64,000 nucleotides of DNA from Botryllus schlosseri (GCA_051294905.1 CM119371.1:39124001-39188000); one strand, 5' to 3'. Counted from the stretch's first letter, positions 26,380-41,000 are shown. The notes: generated by a model from the letters alone, not told the origin. Translations and numbers: made by a program.

Positions 26380-27494
26380 CAGTGGCGTAGCAGCCACTTG
26401 GCGGTTCTGGCTCTGCGCCGGGGGCGGCAGGCTCCAAGGGTCGGCAAAATGTGGCTGCACACTGTGTGTGTGAGAGAGAGATCGCGTTCTTTTTCGCCGG
26501 CACCATCGAACTTTAAAGTCTCTAGACTGTACCCCCGTTTTTTTCTCCTACGTGATTGCTGAGCGCCTAGCGGGATAACCGCGGATACCAGTGTTCGAGT
26601 CTTTGGTCTGACCCGGCCGGGGATCGAACCCACGAACTACCGATCAAGAAACGCGACGCATCACCATTACACTATTTCGCTCGGCACAGTGTGCACAGCC
26701 AGCTAAAAGAAGCGTAATTGGTGGACCTATAGCTGGTGTCCCGTGAGCTAAAGGTCTCAATTGAAAGCTAGTGTCGCGCTGATTCCCAAAACACGAATTA
26801 TTATGTTAACATGGCGACGGAGACACTCCGAAATAGCCGTCAAGGCCGATTGCTCAGAAGGTTGCTACCTTTTCGTACAAACCAACATGAGGCCTCTAGG
26901 ACGAACACAAATTAAGATATGATCATATGAGGTTGTTCAACTTCAGATTTTTAAAGGGTTAAGAGCGGAGCAGTGAAACCACGCTTGATAGTGGTGCAAC
27001 AGCGTTTGATGCTTTACAATGGTTAGTTAATGCAAAGCTACTTGATTCGACGCCTTATTTATGCTCGTGTCTGAAACTTTATCTGACCATTGGTGAGGAG
27101 CTTCTCAAAGCTCAAACTGATTTCGTCTTATTTACGTTCTAGTATGAATGATGATCGGCTTCGGCTATCAGCTCTATCCATTCTGTCTATAGAAAGAGAC
27201 TACGTTCAAAAACTTGAATTTGAGGATATTATTGCTGATTTTACTTTGAGGTGGATATTGATTTTTTATTTGCACAATATATTCGTTCCCTATTTCTTGT
27301 CTTTATTATTTTTGGCCTTAGTAACGTTGTGACGGTGAGGCTGAGACGCGGCATAATATTGGTATTTATTTTTATTGACAAGATTGCTTGAACGTGAATC
27401 TACTCATTCTATGTCGAAATATGCTGCGGTCTACTTAGAGGGGCGGCATTTCAAGCGAGAGCCAGGGGCGGCAGCACATGTTGTTACGCCAGTG
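26380..27494 (+). mobile_element. hAT deletion derivative with a transposase C-terminal remnant
   Basis: TIR CAGTGGCGTAGC/GTTACGCCAGTG; TSD TCACGAAT; RSFSKLKLISSYLRSSMNDDRL..LSILSIE..IIADF at about 27095-27245 matches the hAT dimerisation domain. Confidence 0.9.
26530..26690 (-). mobile_element. tRNA-derived SINE nested in the hAT derivative
   Basis: Minus-strand A box TAGTGTAATGG and B box GGTTCGATCC, short body, A-rich end. Confidence 0.65.
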
Positions 27495-27583
27495 TCACGA
27501 ATGATCAATGATCAACCCGTAAGATTACCGTAATGACGATTTTGCCTCATTATTTGATTTCAGATGATGCTCATTCTCGGTAC

Positions 27584-28858
27584 CAGGGCTTTGGAGCAGC
27601 CGTAAATTTAAACTGCTCCAGCTCCGGCTCCGGAGCTTTCTTCTATCATACATTAGCTCCGGCTCCAGCTCCGGAGCCGCATTATTTCCACTGCTCCGGC
27701 TCCAGCTCCGGCTCCGGCTCTGAAATTATCGAATGGGCCAGTCTATATCAGGGGTGGCCAAATGTGGCCCGCGAGAGGGTTTTGCGTGGCCCGCTAGGTA
27801 ATTTCCTATTATATTATCGAAAATGAATTGCTCAGATTGTGAACTTGCAATGCCAACCAAAAATTACAAGTCTGGCTGCGACACTTAGGATGTTGATGAC
27901 AAAAATATCAGTTCCGACGCATTGGCAGATCCCTGGTCCAGTCACATTTTCAGTAAATTGTCGTACATTACAATAAACTAAAATAGTAGTGAAATTTTTA
28001 TTCACGCTTCGCGTGTTTAATTGTCACACGATTTCTTGCTTGGTAGCCTACCCCCTACCGTAAATGAAAAAAAACGCCCACCTTACCCGATTGAGTCTAT
28101 TCGCAATTACGGGAGAAAGTCTTTTCGCGTTTGAGCTTGCATAAAGATCGTTGACGATGAAATGTAGGCACAAAATCATAATCGCATGTTATCGGAGACC
28201 TTCGATATCGATGTGGCCAGACGCCAAATAGTCGTGTCCTTGCAAACTGAGCCTAGCGGGCGGTATACAGTAGACCCGCAATATACTCAAGTAATAATAT
28301 TATTGACCTAGTTTATATATAAACTTTGAAAATTTTACCCGCTTGGCGCGGCTAGTGGACCGCGCACTCGTTCGTCAATGCATGTGCCCCTTTAGCCGAA
28401 AAGGGTGGCCATTTCTGGTTTATATAGATTACTAATCTACCCATAGGTTAGTTATCTATATTAATCTAGAGTTTGTCAACCGACAGTATCATCCGATGTA
28501 GCAACGAAGACATAGGTGCCGCCGTTCCGGCTTGTGACGTTATAATGAATACTTATCAATGGTCGATAACATCATAGTTGCACTAGAACGCACTTTAGTC
28601 TATGCCATTGCTGTACACAGCATTAAAATTCAGGCCTGCTGTTCAATTATGATAAATCAGCAGATGCGGTTGCTGCATTTATATTAGCATATTATGAAAT
28701 ACGTCGGAGCCGGAGCTACTCATCAAATAGCGGGCTCCAGCTCCGGCTCCGGCTCCAGCTGAATTTTATGTAGAGCTCCGGCTCCGGCTCCACCTCCGGT
28801 GAAAATGCACGGCTCTGGGGCTCCGGCTCCGGGCTCCGGCTCCGGCTCCAAAGCCCTG
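27584..28858. mobile_element. hAT MITE, GGCTCC family
   Basis: TIR CAGGGCTTTGGAGC/GCTCCAAAGCCCTG; TSD CTCGGTAC; (GGCTCC)n subterminal arrays. Confidence 0.92.
27749..28417. mobile_element. Buster-like hAT MITE nested in the GGCTCC element
   Basis: CAGGGGTGGCCA...TGGCCATTTCTG; TSD GTCTATAT/GTTTATAT. Confidence 0.75.
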
Positions 28859-29609
28859 CTCGGTACCATCCAACATCCATCGACTGGTAATGTCTTCGGC
28901 TGGTGTTACAGCATTCAGGGCTGTGGTCAAATCTCTGCAATGACCTTAATTCAGCATGGTTAATTTGAATCGGCCATTGGGAACTTCCAACCATACCTTC
29001 AGGAGAGGTTCATACAGTACCGGTATAGCGTACAGAACCCTACCTGGACCGGTACGGTGATTACAGGGAGCAAGTTGCAATGAGAGTCTGTACAGTGTAC
29101 AGTTGCATCATATTGAGCAAAGTGACCAGACTTGTATAAACTACAGTAATTTCAAAGTCCGCGACTAGAACTAGAACAGTAGCCTAGGCCTAGTTGGTTA
29201 ACCGCTAACCATCTAGTTTGGTGGTTTGTACAAGTCTATGCTGAGCGACGCATCCACCATTTACGCGTCAGCGAAAGTGTAACTCTGAAGAAATGCTGCC
29301 CATTTCTTCATAATTTGAGAATGCCCCTTTCAAGCCCATGAATTATTGTCCGAAATCAACATCTCGAGCAAAGGGGATATTATGAACCCCCGAAATTATG
29401 TCGGTTTTAATGATCATGAAATGCACAAATTAATATAGTGCACTGTTACGATTTTCTGAATCCCTGTTTAAGTCACAAAAACGAAATGCCTTCAAGATAT
29501 TGATACATTGGTGTGCAGTTACCGGGGCGATAGCATACAAATCTGTCTTCACAACATTCGTTCATAACGCTACCGCGAATTGCGTTATCCACGATAGCCG
29601 GTTTCAATG

Positions 29610-30237
29610 AGCCCATTTACATGGTCAAGTCGTCTTGAAGCCAAGTCGTCTTGGAGTGACGTCATGAGACGGCTTGCCAAAGTGATCGCGTTTACATGGC
29701 TATGTTTATCGCAGCTCGAGTGATACTATAGATAACTAACCTACGGAGGTTAGTTATCTATAGCGATACACAGCACTTTGGGATTCAGCTCGGGAATATG
29801 ATACGGCAGTTGAGATATCCAGAAATACTTCAACACAATTCTACAATGACCAAATACACCGTGTATATATTTTTTCTGATAGTGAGTTGTGCAAGTTATA
29901 TTGTTGGCTGTACTCGCTTCATAAGTTGTGACGCTGAACAAGTAAGACCAGGTGCATATTATAAAAGCAGTACCATGTACTGATAGAGCTTTCATATTCA
30001 CCCAGTTGAAATACGTGCCGGTTTCGTGAAATACGAACATGAAATGTTGGTATGTTGCTGTAGTCTGGATTCGTTTTCAAGTACCGGTACTGTTCAAGTC
30101 GTCTCCAAGCGACTCTGCGGAACGGATTGAGCTCAAGACGGATTGAAGCCGTCTGCCTTTTTCTCTTTTTCAAAAACGAGAGAGTCGGATTGACGAGTCA
30201 GCTTCGAAGCTGACCCAAACGGCCATGTAAATGGGCT
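29610..30237. mobile_element. PIF/Harbinger-like MITE
   Basis: TIR AGCCCATTTACATGG/CCATGTAAATGGGCT; no 8-bp TSD; superfamily is inferred. Confidence 0.7.
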
Positions 30238-31424
30238 TATTGACGCAATAAAAACCATATGCGCGACACTTGAGACGGAAACTCGGATTTGTTGCCGGCC
30301 GATTGACCGTGAACGCGGACTCTGTATTTCTCAACAATTGCCGGCGTGATTAGACAGTCCGATTTGTGGTGTTTGACAACGGGATACGCTTTCTAGTGGG
30401 AACAACATCAACAAATATAGGGTCAGGAGCGCCAATTACGTTCGCGTACTGCCAGTCAGTATAGCGACTTTAATTCATTTGATCCTCAACCTTGACTTGG
30501 GAAACTAGATGATTCTAATTGTCTAATTGGAGTGAAACGCCATTAGTCTAAGTTATGAATTGCTTCTATGCTCTGGGCGATTTCAACTCTATTCTGAATT
30601 TCCTGAAAATACCACAGGACAATTTCACACTCACACACGCTCCAAGTAGGCTACTGTACTTCGATTTGATAAGCTGTACTTGATTTTTGTCGTGGTTGTA
30701 TCTGATTCAGAGATTTCGAGTCGTCGCAATCTAATTTGAAAAAAAAAACGATGTACAATTGTACATATACTGTTACTATTCTTTCGTAATAATTCTAATG
30801 TAGTTTCTGGTTTTATATAGGGCGAAACGAGCCAAGCTCGGTCTACAGAGTTTTGCCCTTCCCGTGATTACAGTTTTTTTGCAGGTAGGTCTAACTAATG
30901 AAGTCGTCGCTTTGGAATCAAAGCTGCTTGTGTTCATTTACGCATCTCGAGTAAATTACATTTACGTAAAGTTCCCGTTCCCTTTGGGCAAGATATAGCC
31001 GAAATGAAATGAATTTATATAAGTTTGATAAATGGATCTCAAAATTTGAAAACGTACATAAGAAATAACTAAGATTAGGCTATAGCCGCTATACCGAGAC
31101 GAAGTATTCTTAGGCGTCGCTTTACCTAAAATATGGTTACCATATGTCCTCTTTTTGAGAGTGTTCTCGGAGTAAGCCTGAATGTCATTTTTTGATAATT
31201 TTGGTTGAATGTACGTGGAAATTGGACTGAGATATAGGAAATCAGCGGCCAAGCTACTCTCCGACGTGATTTCCGGGACTTGAGCAAGAAAAATGACTTT
31301 TCTAGTCAACCGACCACAAAGTCCGGAAAAATTGACCAGTGTTGCGACTCTGAAAATTTCGAAAAAGTGTCCTCTTTCCACATTTATAAAATATTATAGC
31401 CCTGCCTAAAAGCTGACAGCTATT

Positions 31425-31712
31425 GAATAGTATATTCGTATAGAAATGAACCCGAATATTTTCGCTTGAAACTCGTCAGGGTTAGGCCTATAGTCAGCAA
31501 GTAGTAGAAGAAAGGAAAGGACATTGTAAATAAACAATCAGATCACGTCACCAGCAAGGAATTTCGAATAATCGTGGCGGAAATTTCATGCCGGCGGCGT
31601 CATATTTTGTGATACGATTAATGTGTTGACCGAAAATATTCGGGTTCATTTCAATATGAATATACCACGCAATTGTATATTGAAGTTCTGTACCTCCATG
31701 GAACTCTTCAAA
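31425..31712. repeat. Family-B dispersed repeat (inverted arms)
   Basis: GAAGAGCTTCTTGGAGGTACAGAACTTCAATATACAATTGAATAGTATATTC motif; other copies near 1141, 10560, 11849, 12047, 14405, 22720-22850, 41509 and 53047. Confidence 0.75.
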
Positions 31713-31906
31713 CTGATCGCTGACTCATAGAATTAATCTAAATTCTCAACATATTGAGGAAGCAGTGATGGTACTGAAAATCTTCTTCAAGTCAAGTAGA
31801 AATCAATGACCACCTCTGATCGGCACAAAACATGTATTAGACGCGATTCGAGAAAAAACAATTTATTGCAGAAAAAGATAAGAGCGAGAGACCAGTATGC
31901 GTTGTT

Positions 31907-32068
31907 TCAACACGTGCGTGAACACGTCGGTATTAAATTGGCCATCCTGGTCCGTTCGGGATTGTCGTGCAGGCTCAGGTATCGCACGATAGCCGACGGG
32001 GAAGACGCGTCCTGGTCGATCAGGTCTCGCACAAGCACTTTCCAACGCTCGAACTTGAAGCCGGTCAC
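31907..32068 (-). CDS. TRPC4AP: TRPC4AP exon 17 (last)
   Basis: VTGFKFERWKVLVRDLIDQDASSPSAIVRYLSLHDNPERTRMANLIPTCSRTC*. Confidence 0.9.
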   Translation of the reverse strand: MTGFKFERWKVLVRDLIDQDASSPSAIVRYLSLHDNPERTRMANLIPTCSRTC

Positions 32069-35000
32069 CTATAAAGGCGAGTTAGATACCGTTTTCGGTT
32101 ATCGCGGCATATGCAGTGACAACAGAATTGTACGAATTAGTGGATTTTCAAAAATGCGCAACTATAACTAGAATGACTCATTTTTCAAAATACAACTATG
32201 ACTAAAATTAGAATTACTCGCCTTTCAAAAGTCCCAACTAGAACTTGATAAAATTGTAAGGTTACTTAAAAACACGAAAAACGCCGTACGCAAATTTTGG
32301 CTGAGTCCAACCAGCGCAAAGGAAGCTATCATTGTAGAAAAATTTGGATTTATGAGATGAAAATAAATGTGATTATTTAAAATGTTACTGGCAACCACAA
32401 GAAATTGAGCTCCGATTTTGCAGACAACCCTACATTTTCACTGGGTAGCCAGTCAAATTTGAAAATTTTCAATTTATTTTTATTAAATAAATCTAAGAGT
32501 TTTTACTATAATAACTAGGGCAAGTTTTTAAAACTTTTGCAGCTGTTTTTACAGCTTCCGCAGCTTCCTAAATACTCGGCAGTTACGCAAAATGGTGCTT
32601 TAGGCTGTTTGGAGGAATCTTGTATCGCAACTTTTCTCCATTTTTTCATGCAAATTTTTGCAACCTTTTATTTGATTTTTCATACATCTTTTTGCAACAT
32701 TTTTCGATTTTTCATGCAATAACTTTCTACTGGAAATATTTGGCACCATATGTAAATAGATCGCGTGATTATTCCACCGTCGTTTGAATCTAAGGTCCTC
32801 TCTCATTTGACCAGGGGTAGGCAAACTTTTGAGCTCGCGTGCCGCATTCAACATCTGAATCCATTCGCGGGCCGCACTAGATAAAATTGGGATTATAAAC
32901 CAAAACGCTTAATTGATATTTGATTATACAGTGAGGACATGGAGATAATATATGGGCATATTTAAAACAAACCAAGCATAGCTTTGATGATAACGTACAC
33001 GCGTCAGAAACATATAGTGGCGAGATTTCATAGGCTGGCGAAGCTCAATCACCAATTTGTCAAAACTATAGATGAGATGAAAGTCGGTTGACCCGATTCT
33101 TAGAACAGGATTGAAATTGAAATCTGTGAGCAGCGATCTGTTCATAGATTTACTAATTCCACTTTTGGTTCAGTTCCAGGACACACAATGCTGACAGCAT
33201 CATAACCATGTTAGCTTCAAACACGCTTCTACTGTAGATAAAATATAAATACCTAATTCTACGCATACAGACAACGAATCTACCTAAGACACGCCCGTAT
33301 CGTTTTTTATAGGCACATCACTGAAATAATTAAAAAGGGAGTGGCCAATCTGAAATCCCACTCGTGATCCAAATTATGTTAATCTCGTTGCAGCTATCCC
33401 GCTATGATATCAAGTATTTACCTTAGATCATTGGTTCTCAAACTTTTTAAGACACGCCCCCTCCTCCTTATGAAGGTGAAAGATTTCGCGCCCCCATATC
33501 GTCATATCACAAAACGCAACCAAGATGCTAGCAAACCTAACGGGTAGTTTGATGGCATGGAAGGTTACGACTGTGAATGAGAGATTTTTAAATATGTAAT
33601 TCAGACTAAATACAGAGCAATAACTATGAATTGGATGTAAAAAAAAATTTTCAGTTGAGCTCAGTATCGCGCCCCTCTTCAGGTGCTTTCACGCCCCTAA
33701 GGGGCGCGCGCCCACCAGTTTCAGAGCCACTGTTTTAGAATTATCATAGTAAAATATACTAAGAAAAAGTTAATCAAGTCTCTGCATTAATTCGATTTTT
33801 AGTACGCAATTTATCAATATTTTTAAAAAGTCTCTTTAGACTATCGCGGGCCGCACAAAACCGTGTGGAGGGCCGCATGCGGCCCCCAGGCCGTAGTTTG
33901 CCCACCCCTGGATTTGACGTACATTCAGGCTGTACCGCCGAAAATTATTTTTTCACTCGGTCAATTTTTTCAGGCTAATGATTTTGTTGAAGTGGCCAAC
34001 ACCGAGTATCTCATAGCCTAATAATTTCAAGGAATCTGTCCAATGTCCATAAATGAAACTCTTTAGTGCAACTTTCGTGAAAAATTAATGCGACTTTCGA
34101 GGGATTTGACTGCAACAAAAACTTGCCCTACTTTTCAGCTAGTGAGGAATAGTGTTGTAGCATACAAGAGAACAGCTTATTTTGAACAACAAACAACAAC
34201 CGGATGTTTTAAACTGAAATCAATTCAAGCTTTCTCAAATGCTTCACTTGAGGGCTCTGGCAAAATCTCAGATGAGATGGAGGGACACGGAATATGACCC
34301 CAAACCTCGCGCATACCTCTTCCAGAGACTTGATGTCGTGCTCTTTGAACGAATAGCTGTAGTGTTTCAACCAAAACTCTAACAGCTTGCTCAGTTTCGT
34401 CAGCAGCTCCTTGCCGGTCGTGAAATAGTCTTCGCGATAGGTCGATATCGCTTTCAAATATCTGCCGAATGAAGTTCGCGAAATGCTCGTTCAAAAATTA
34501 CATTTTCTTATTCAAATTTTACAGGCTACCTAAAAAAACGCTGTACACCAGTTTTGGCTCAATTCCAACCAGTGGGAGCAAAGTTATTGTGGTAGAAAAT
34601 TTTGGATTTATTCAACAAAAATGAATATTATTCATTTTCAAATTTCACAGGCTACCCCATGAAATTGTTTGGCTGTCTGAAAAAACGATGCACAACAAAT
34701 TTGGCTCCATTCAAACAGGTAGAAGCGGGGTTACTTGGGTACAAAATTTTGGATTTGGAAAAAATAGTATTTACGGTAGCAAATTCTTTCCTTGTTTATG
34801 ATAGACCTACACACCATGAAAATACCATGATTTGAAATCCTAAATTTTCAACATTCAATAACTTTGCTTCTACTGGCGCTTTAAAATGCGACCAGAAATT
34901 GCTGAAAGTGAGGAAAATTAGTATATTATGAATGCGAACCATTCGATATTACGGAACAGAGTTATAATAAGAGGGTTTAACAAGACAGTAACTGGAAACT

Positions 35001-38000
35001 GAGCATTGAACACAATGACTTGGTCTCAGACTCGTGTCATAATGACTCGGACTTGACTCGGCGGTGAATTGAAAATGACTCGACTTAAATCGAGTCAAAA
35101 CTTGTGACTCGGAGCCTTGCGACTTGAATGCAACCCTGTCTTAGCCTAATTAAAACATGCAGTCAGGGGCGCAGTCACAGGATAGTATGGGAACTGTTGG
35201 GTTATACAGTCGACCTTTACAGTATCTCACAATCCAACCCTAAAAATTTTAAAATACTCGTGCATAAATGCAACTTTCTCACAAGTTTAGTGCAACAAAA
35301 ACTTGCCCTAATTACAAATAAAATTAGCGATTGTCAAGACAACTCAAAACCAACTTGGATGAAAACAAAGAAGGCCTGAAAAAGTTCAAATGATTCAATT
35401 CCAAGACACATAGCATGCACGCCGTAATTTAAATCTAGACACATAAGCATCGTGTACGAATTCAGATCAGTAATTCCATCGTTTGAGCTTACACTGGAAG
35501 CTCTCCGTCGAGATCGGCTATCAGTAATATGATGATGCTGGTATTGAGACAGCTTACGTTTTCCTGAAATAACAAAGAAATAAGTTAACACGATATTGTG
35601 ATACTAAGATAATAATCAACACACGCTCACTTGCGATAACGTCTTGATGTCCAGCAGCTGCACGAGATTGAAAATAACTTCGATACGCTTTCTCAAAGGC
35701 GAGTAGAGTCTTAAGACTCGCGAAGACCTGATCAAGTCTTGAAATTTATCCCCGCAAGACCGGAAGTGCCGCAAAGACAGGACCATACAACGTACGAACA
35801 TGTTCGAATCGACCAGGTTGTTCTCTACGATGTGACAAAGCCTGGAAAACTGTAAAAGAACAATATATGAGACAAAAATGATATAAAATAAACAAAAAAT
35901 ATTCTTCCGGATCAGTGGTTCTCAACTGGGGGCACGCTAAGCATTTCCAGGGCGTCCGCGAAGCCTCCGCATTCGCAAAATCGTTGATGAACTCTTGCGT
36001 ATTTTTTTAAATTAGAGAAATAACGGGGCAGTTTCGGTTCATGACTACTAAAACTTCAGGAGTCAAATAAACAGAATCAAATAAACAGAACGGCCGTCTG
36101 AGATGAAATGTTCTACTGCGCAAACTCCAGGGTCGCAATGACTCGAGTGTGACTTGAGCAAATTTCTCAAAACACGGAAATGACTAGACGAGAGTCAATT
36201 GGAATATTGACTCGACTTGGACTCGAGTCATTGCGCATGACTCGAACCAAGTCATATGACTCGAGACTCAGACGGCCAAGACCGACATTTAGTTGTAATT
36301 TCGATGAAAAGCAAAGTAGCCGCACAATTGGGATTTCGTCTATTGGTACTGGCACTTGAAAATGCGACCAGAAACTGTTTAAAGTGAGGAAAATTAGTAT
36401 ATTGTAAATGTGAGCCACTCGATATCACCAAACAGTTACAAATAGTGGGTTCAACTTCAACAACACTTTACCTGGGAGCTGAGCAGTCTACTCAGTGACT
36501 CGGAGCCTTGTGACTTGGTTAGAACCCCGGCAAATTCATTTTCAATTGCCAACTTGCCAGACCGATACAAACATATTGCTGTTTAGAGATGTTTATTTGG
36601 GGTTTTGGAAAAATATTGTTTGCAAAAATTCATTTTCTCCCGTGATATACATCACCGCTATTCCAGAATAACTTCAAGATGAGCCGCGACATAGAAATGA
36701 CTACGCTGAACGTTATATGTTCACTGAAGATCTGTTTCTAAATTTTGGTGCCAAATAGGCTAAGTTGCGAAATTGCGACCGTACCCGACGGTGGCGTCAT
36801 GTTAATTTCAGGAAGGTCGTTTAGTGGCTGGTTATCACCAGCCTACAGTTAATACGTGCACAAGAGGTATGACGGTTGCACGAAAATCGAGCTAAATTTG
36901 AACTAAAATCATGGGGGTCCGCGAAGACAAAAAGGTTGAGGACCACGGTCCCAGACTTCCCAAATTTTTTCCAAATCTCTTTTTTCAATTCAAAAATTAA
37001 TTAGGATTTACATTTTTACTTTCACAATATTCACGAAAATATAACACTAATACAAAACATGAGTTCCGTTTATTATTAATAATATTATCCAATCGAAACA
37101 CCACAAGACTGCGACACAATGAAACAGCATCGAGTGCTCTTCGAAATCAGACACCTACCTGGTCCTACGCGGTGTAAAGAGGGGGCTCGCACACTGAATG
37201 AAAAGTAAAAGATAGGCCTTGAATTTTAAGAATTATATCATTTTTAAAAAATTACAATTTGACTTGACTCGAACAACTTTGAAAATTTGAGTCACTGAAC
37301 TTGAAAAATTGAAAAAAAAAACTGGAAATGACTCGAGAATCAGAGGTAATACTTTGAATTTGAAAAATAGCGGAATTTGAGATGATTTTGTGCGAGTCAA
37401 CCAATGATCTGGCCTGAAAAATTCCTAAACCACCGAGTCAAAGTATTTTAATGCGACTCAAAACGACTCGAGCTACCTTGTCGGCGCAGTCTACGATGCG
37501 AGAGAATCCCTCGAACGCGACGTCGTTGTCCTTCATGAGCGAAGCCAGAAGATCGAAGTGTCCCTGTATCACCTCGGACGAGGGGGTTTCGGGCGACAGC
37601 AGAATGCCAAACAGGTCCTGCGAATGTTACTTTCGATTAATTTATTACTTTCGTACGGATGTTTTCACTGATATTGCTGCGATTCGTTTTGATAATAATC
37701 GATGACTGAGGCTGGGCACAATGATTTTCGTAGAGTAGGGAGAAATACTTTTTTCACGTATTTTACCACTAACAGTTGATTTATGAATGAGAATTATAAT
37801 TTTGATACTATTTTCCACTGTGATTGGTCATATCGTATCATACAAAACATGTAGTACAAAGCACGCAAGTGGAAATGACAGATCTATGAAATCATGATCA
37901 AGCCACGGCAGTGCAGTCGTATAGGGATGCTCGAAAAAAAGACCAAGTAATCTATAATGCAATGTAGGAGGAGTGACATTAAATTATTTGTGGACCCATA

Positions 38001-41000
38001 AAAGGTACACTTTCGAACTTCCCATCTCATCGATACTGCTGTGACGCGATAATGAGTGATACAAGACCAGACTCACAGCCATATCTATTACAACCCCAAG
38101 TACAAGTTGTCGTGATAATGTGAATCTACACTCGATTCCATGTATTATAATCAAAGGGCGATTTTGTTGACATGTCAAAATTTGTCATAATTTTGTCAAT
38201 ATTGTTTACAAAGTCCAAAATTTTCTGATCTCTGCATTTCGTTTGTATCGTAGATTTTGCACTGTCGGTGAGCTCGTCATTTGATATTTTACAGCTTGTA
38301 GCCTACTTTATGGGCCTACCGTTGTAGACGGCCATTTCTCTGCTCATTGTGAATCACAAACGGTCAAATGAAACAAATAGGTTGGCATGGTGTTGTGGTC
38401 AACATACCGCAATATCCTAACTGAAGCAAGACTAATCGGGCATTGCATGGTTCTTATATCAAGAAGCGCATGATGAAAAATTTTGATGTAGACAACATTG
38501 TCAGAATGAAACAACACTTTATGTCACCAGCAGTGTACGCACAACTTGAGTGTTGTCAGCCAACAACTGCTGCTGTTAAACGTTCTTTCTCCATTCTTGG
38601 CAAGCTACTTAGTAAGGAGAGACACTTTCTACCCGAGGATGTAGGAAAGTACTACGACAAATTTCAATTATTTCTACCATAATACGTGATGCGACTACTG
38701 GAATTCTTGATAGGGCCAGATTTCGTTGAGATACCAGTTTTTTCAGGTTAAAATTTGTCAGTTGTTAAGGCAAAAACGTTTTTTCAGGCCAAACTACTTC
38801 GTCAGGACAGACAGTTCAACCAGAAATGAAGATAAGTAGTACAATTTTAACAATATGTAGGAAAACGCCTAATTTGCATACAAGAGGTCAAAATTTGATC
38901 AAAATTCATTTTTTAGGTAAAAAAAGACGATATTTTGATTTTCCAGGTCACAATTTTACATTATTAGGTAAACAAAAATCGCCCTAATTATAATAATTCC
39001 CCCATGATATGCTACATATATGCTCCAATCGAAGACTTGCGTTCTCACCTCTAACAGCCCTCTCTTGAGCAAAAATACTTGATCGAATTTACAGCGTGCC
39101 CCGCGGAGAAACGATTCCAGCGTCCTCGTCATCCAGAACCTGTCAGAAATTAAGCCAATGCCTCTTCAGATGAGTTGTTCTTAAACTTTTTTGAACCCCC
39201 CCCCCCCCTTTATGATTGTAAAATTTTCGGGCCCCCTTATCGCCATATCACAAAATGCAATCAGAATGCTAGCAATGCCGACGTATCGTTTGATGCATGG
39301 AAGTTTACGACTGTTGCTGAGAGAATTCTCAAATACGAAATTTGGACTATACGCAGAGTAATATAACTGCCACAGATCGGTGAGTGCCATACATTGAAAT
39401 AAACTGAAAATGCATATCGTTACCACAACATAACATTATGTCGTTATGTGATAGCTCTTCATACATTTCAGCACTTAATGCACGAGTTTGCAGACTTATT
39501 GGACTTGTCGCAATTTATACTTGACTCTGAGCCATTATTTTGATGTTAGTGAAGTTGTGTTAAAATTTATTCTTCACAGAGACGATATATGAAGGTCTAT
39601 GACCAGCAGAAATCAAGATAATTCCTAGTCTGATGGGTGTTCATCCATGCGTATGACTATAGTCTGCAAGAATCTCTTTCCAGGTTTTCAGAAGCGGCCT
39701 TGGATGGATTTAAACATAACCAACATCCTTTATTTTAGCATTCACAAACAGAAATGGACTACTGACTATTGATTATATATATTGTCTTCTGTTATATTTT
39801 GTGGCATATTTAGAGGTCAATCGGAGCCGCAAGAAGACTACCTTGGACCATTTGATACAAATATTCGGTCATCTATACATAGGATCGAACCCAGATTACC
39901 TTAAATACGAATCCCGCGATTCCCTTTTCATTTTCTCGATGAGTTCCACCAGCAGCCCCTTGTCTCTTTCGCAACACTTTGTTTTATCGAGCTTGTCAAA
40001 ATCGTCAGGCATCCGCATTCCTAACGACACTGAACACAAAAGGCTGTCGTAAATACGTCTTATCAAAAGGGGCGGGTCAAAATCGAGTAACAGAATGAAT
40101 TGATTATTAGGTTTCAAGCATTTGAATGTCACTTATTATCCCGGCACAACTGTATGAATAATGAGGAAAGTTGATACACAATTTTAAGCGACTACATAGA
40201 ACACAATGCTAGTTCTATATCACATTAAAGTACGATTGTAATGACTCGAGTCACTATTTTTTGGTGACTCAACTCGAGTCAATTTTTGTATTGACTTGAC
40301 TTGTACACGAGTCATTGTGCATGACTCGAGACTAGGACGGCCAAGACAGACATTTCATTGTAACTTCGAAGAAAAGTGAAGTCACCACATGATTGGTATT
40401 TCGTCTATCAGTCCTGATACTTGGAAAATAGGGCCAGAACTGTTAGGACTGAGGAAAATTACGATATTATGAATGCGAGCCATTCTATATCACTCGAGCA
40501 GAGTTGGAAAAGTGGTTTGAATCGGATTGTACTTAAAACTGAACAGTGAACTATGACTTGGACTCGACCCTCTACTTTCTGACTTGGACTCGTATTTGAC
40601 TCGGGGGTGAATTGGAAATGACTCGACTTGACTCGAGTCAAAACTATAAAAGTGAGATTGACTTTGAGACTCGGAACCTTGCGACTTGGTTACAACACTG
40701 TCATCAAAGATTATTTGGCCTTTTTCGGACAATGTGACAATGCTGTGGGTCGATCATGACTTCATATATCATTACTTCACGTATCATTTCCACTGAGAAG
40801 CGTAGCTCTACATGTTCCATATACTGTGATGCAATATTCCAGTAGAAAATAGAGTCAAAACCATTATTTTTGTTGACAAGTTAACAGTGAGTGGTGAGGA
40901 ACATATGATTTCAGTACGGTAAAACATTATCTCGCACTGGACTCCCTAGAATTATTACTCAATTCAGATTTGAGTGCTTGAATTGGAGTGCCCAGTCCCA

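Noticed and set aside
22190..26690. Two tRNA-like sequences as genuine tRNA genes
   Set aside because: A and B boxes are present, but no complete cloverleaf was found and non-tRNA bodies follow, so they are treated as SINE heads.
27090..27332. Functional hAT transposase or ZMYM-like gene
   Set aside because: Only a short C-terminal remnant inside a 1.1-kb deletion derivative.
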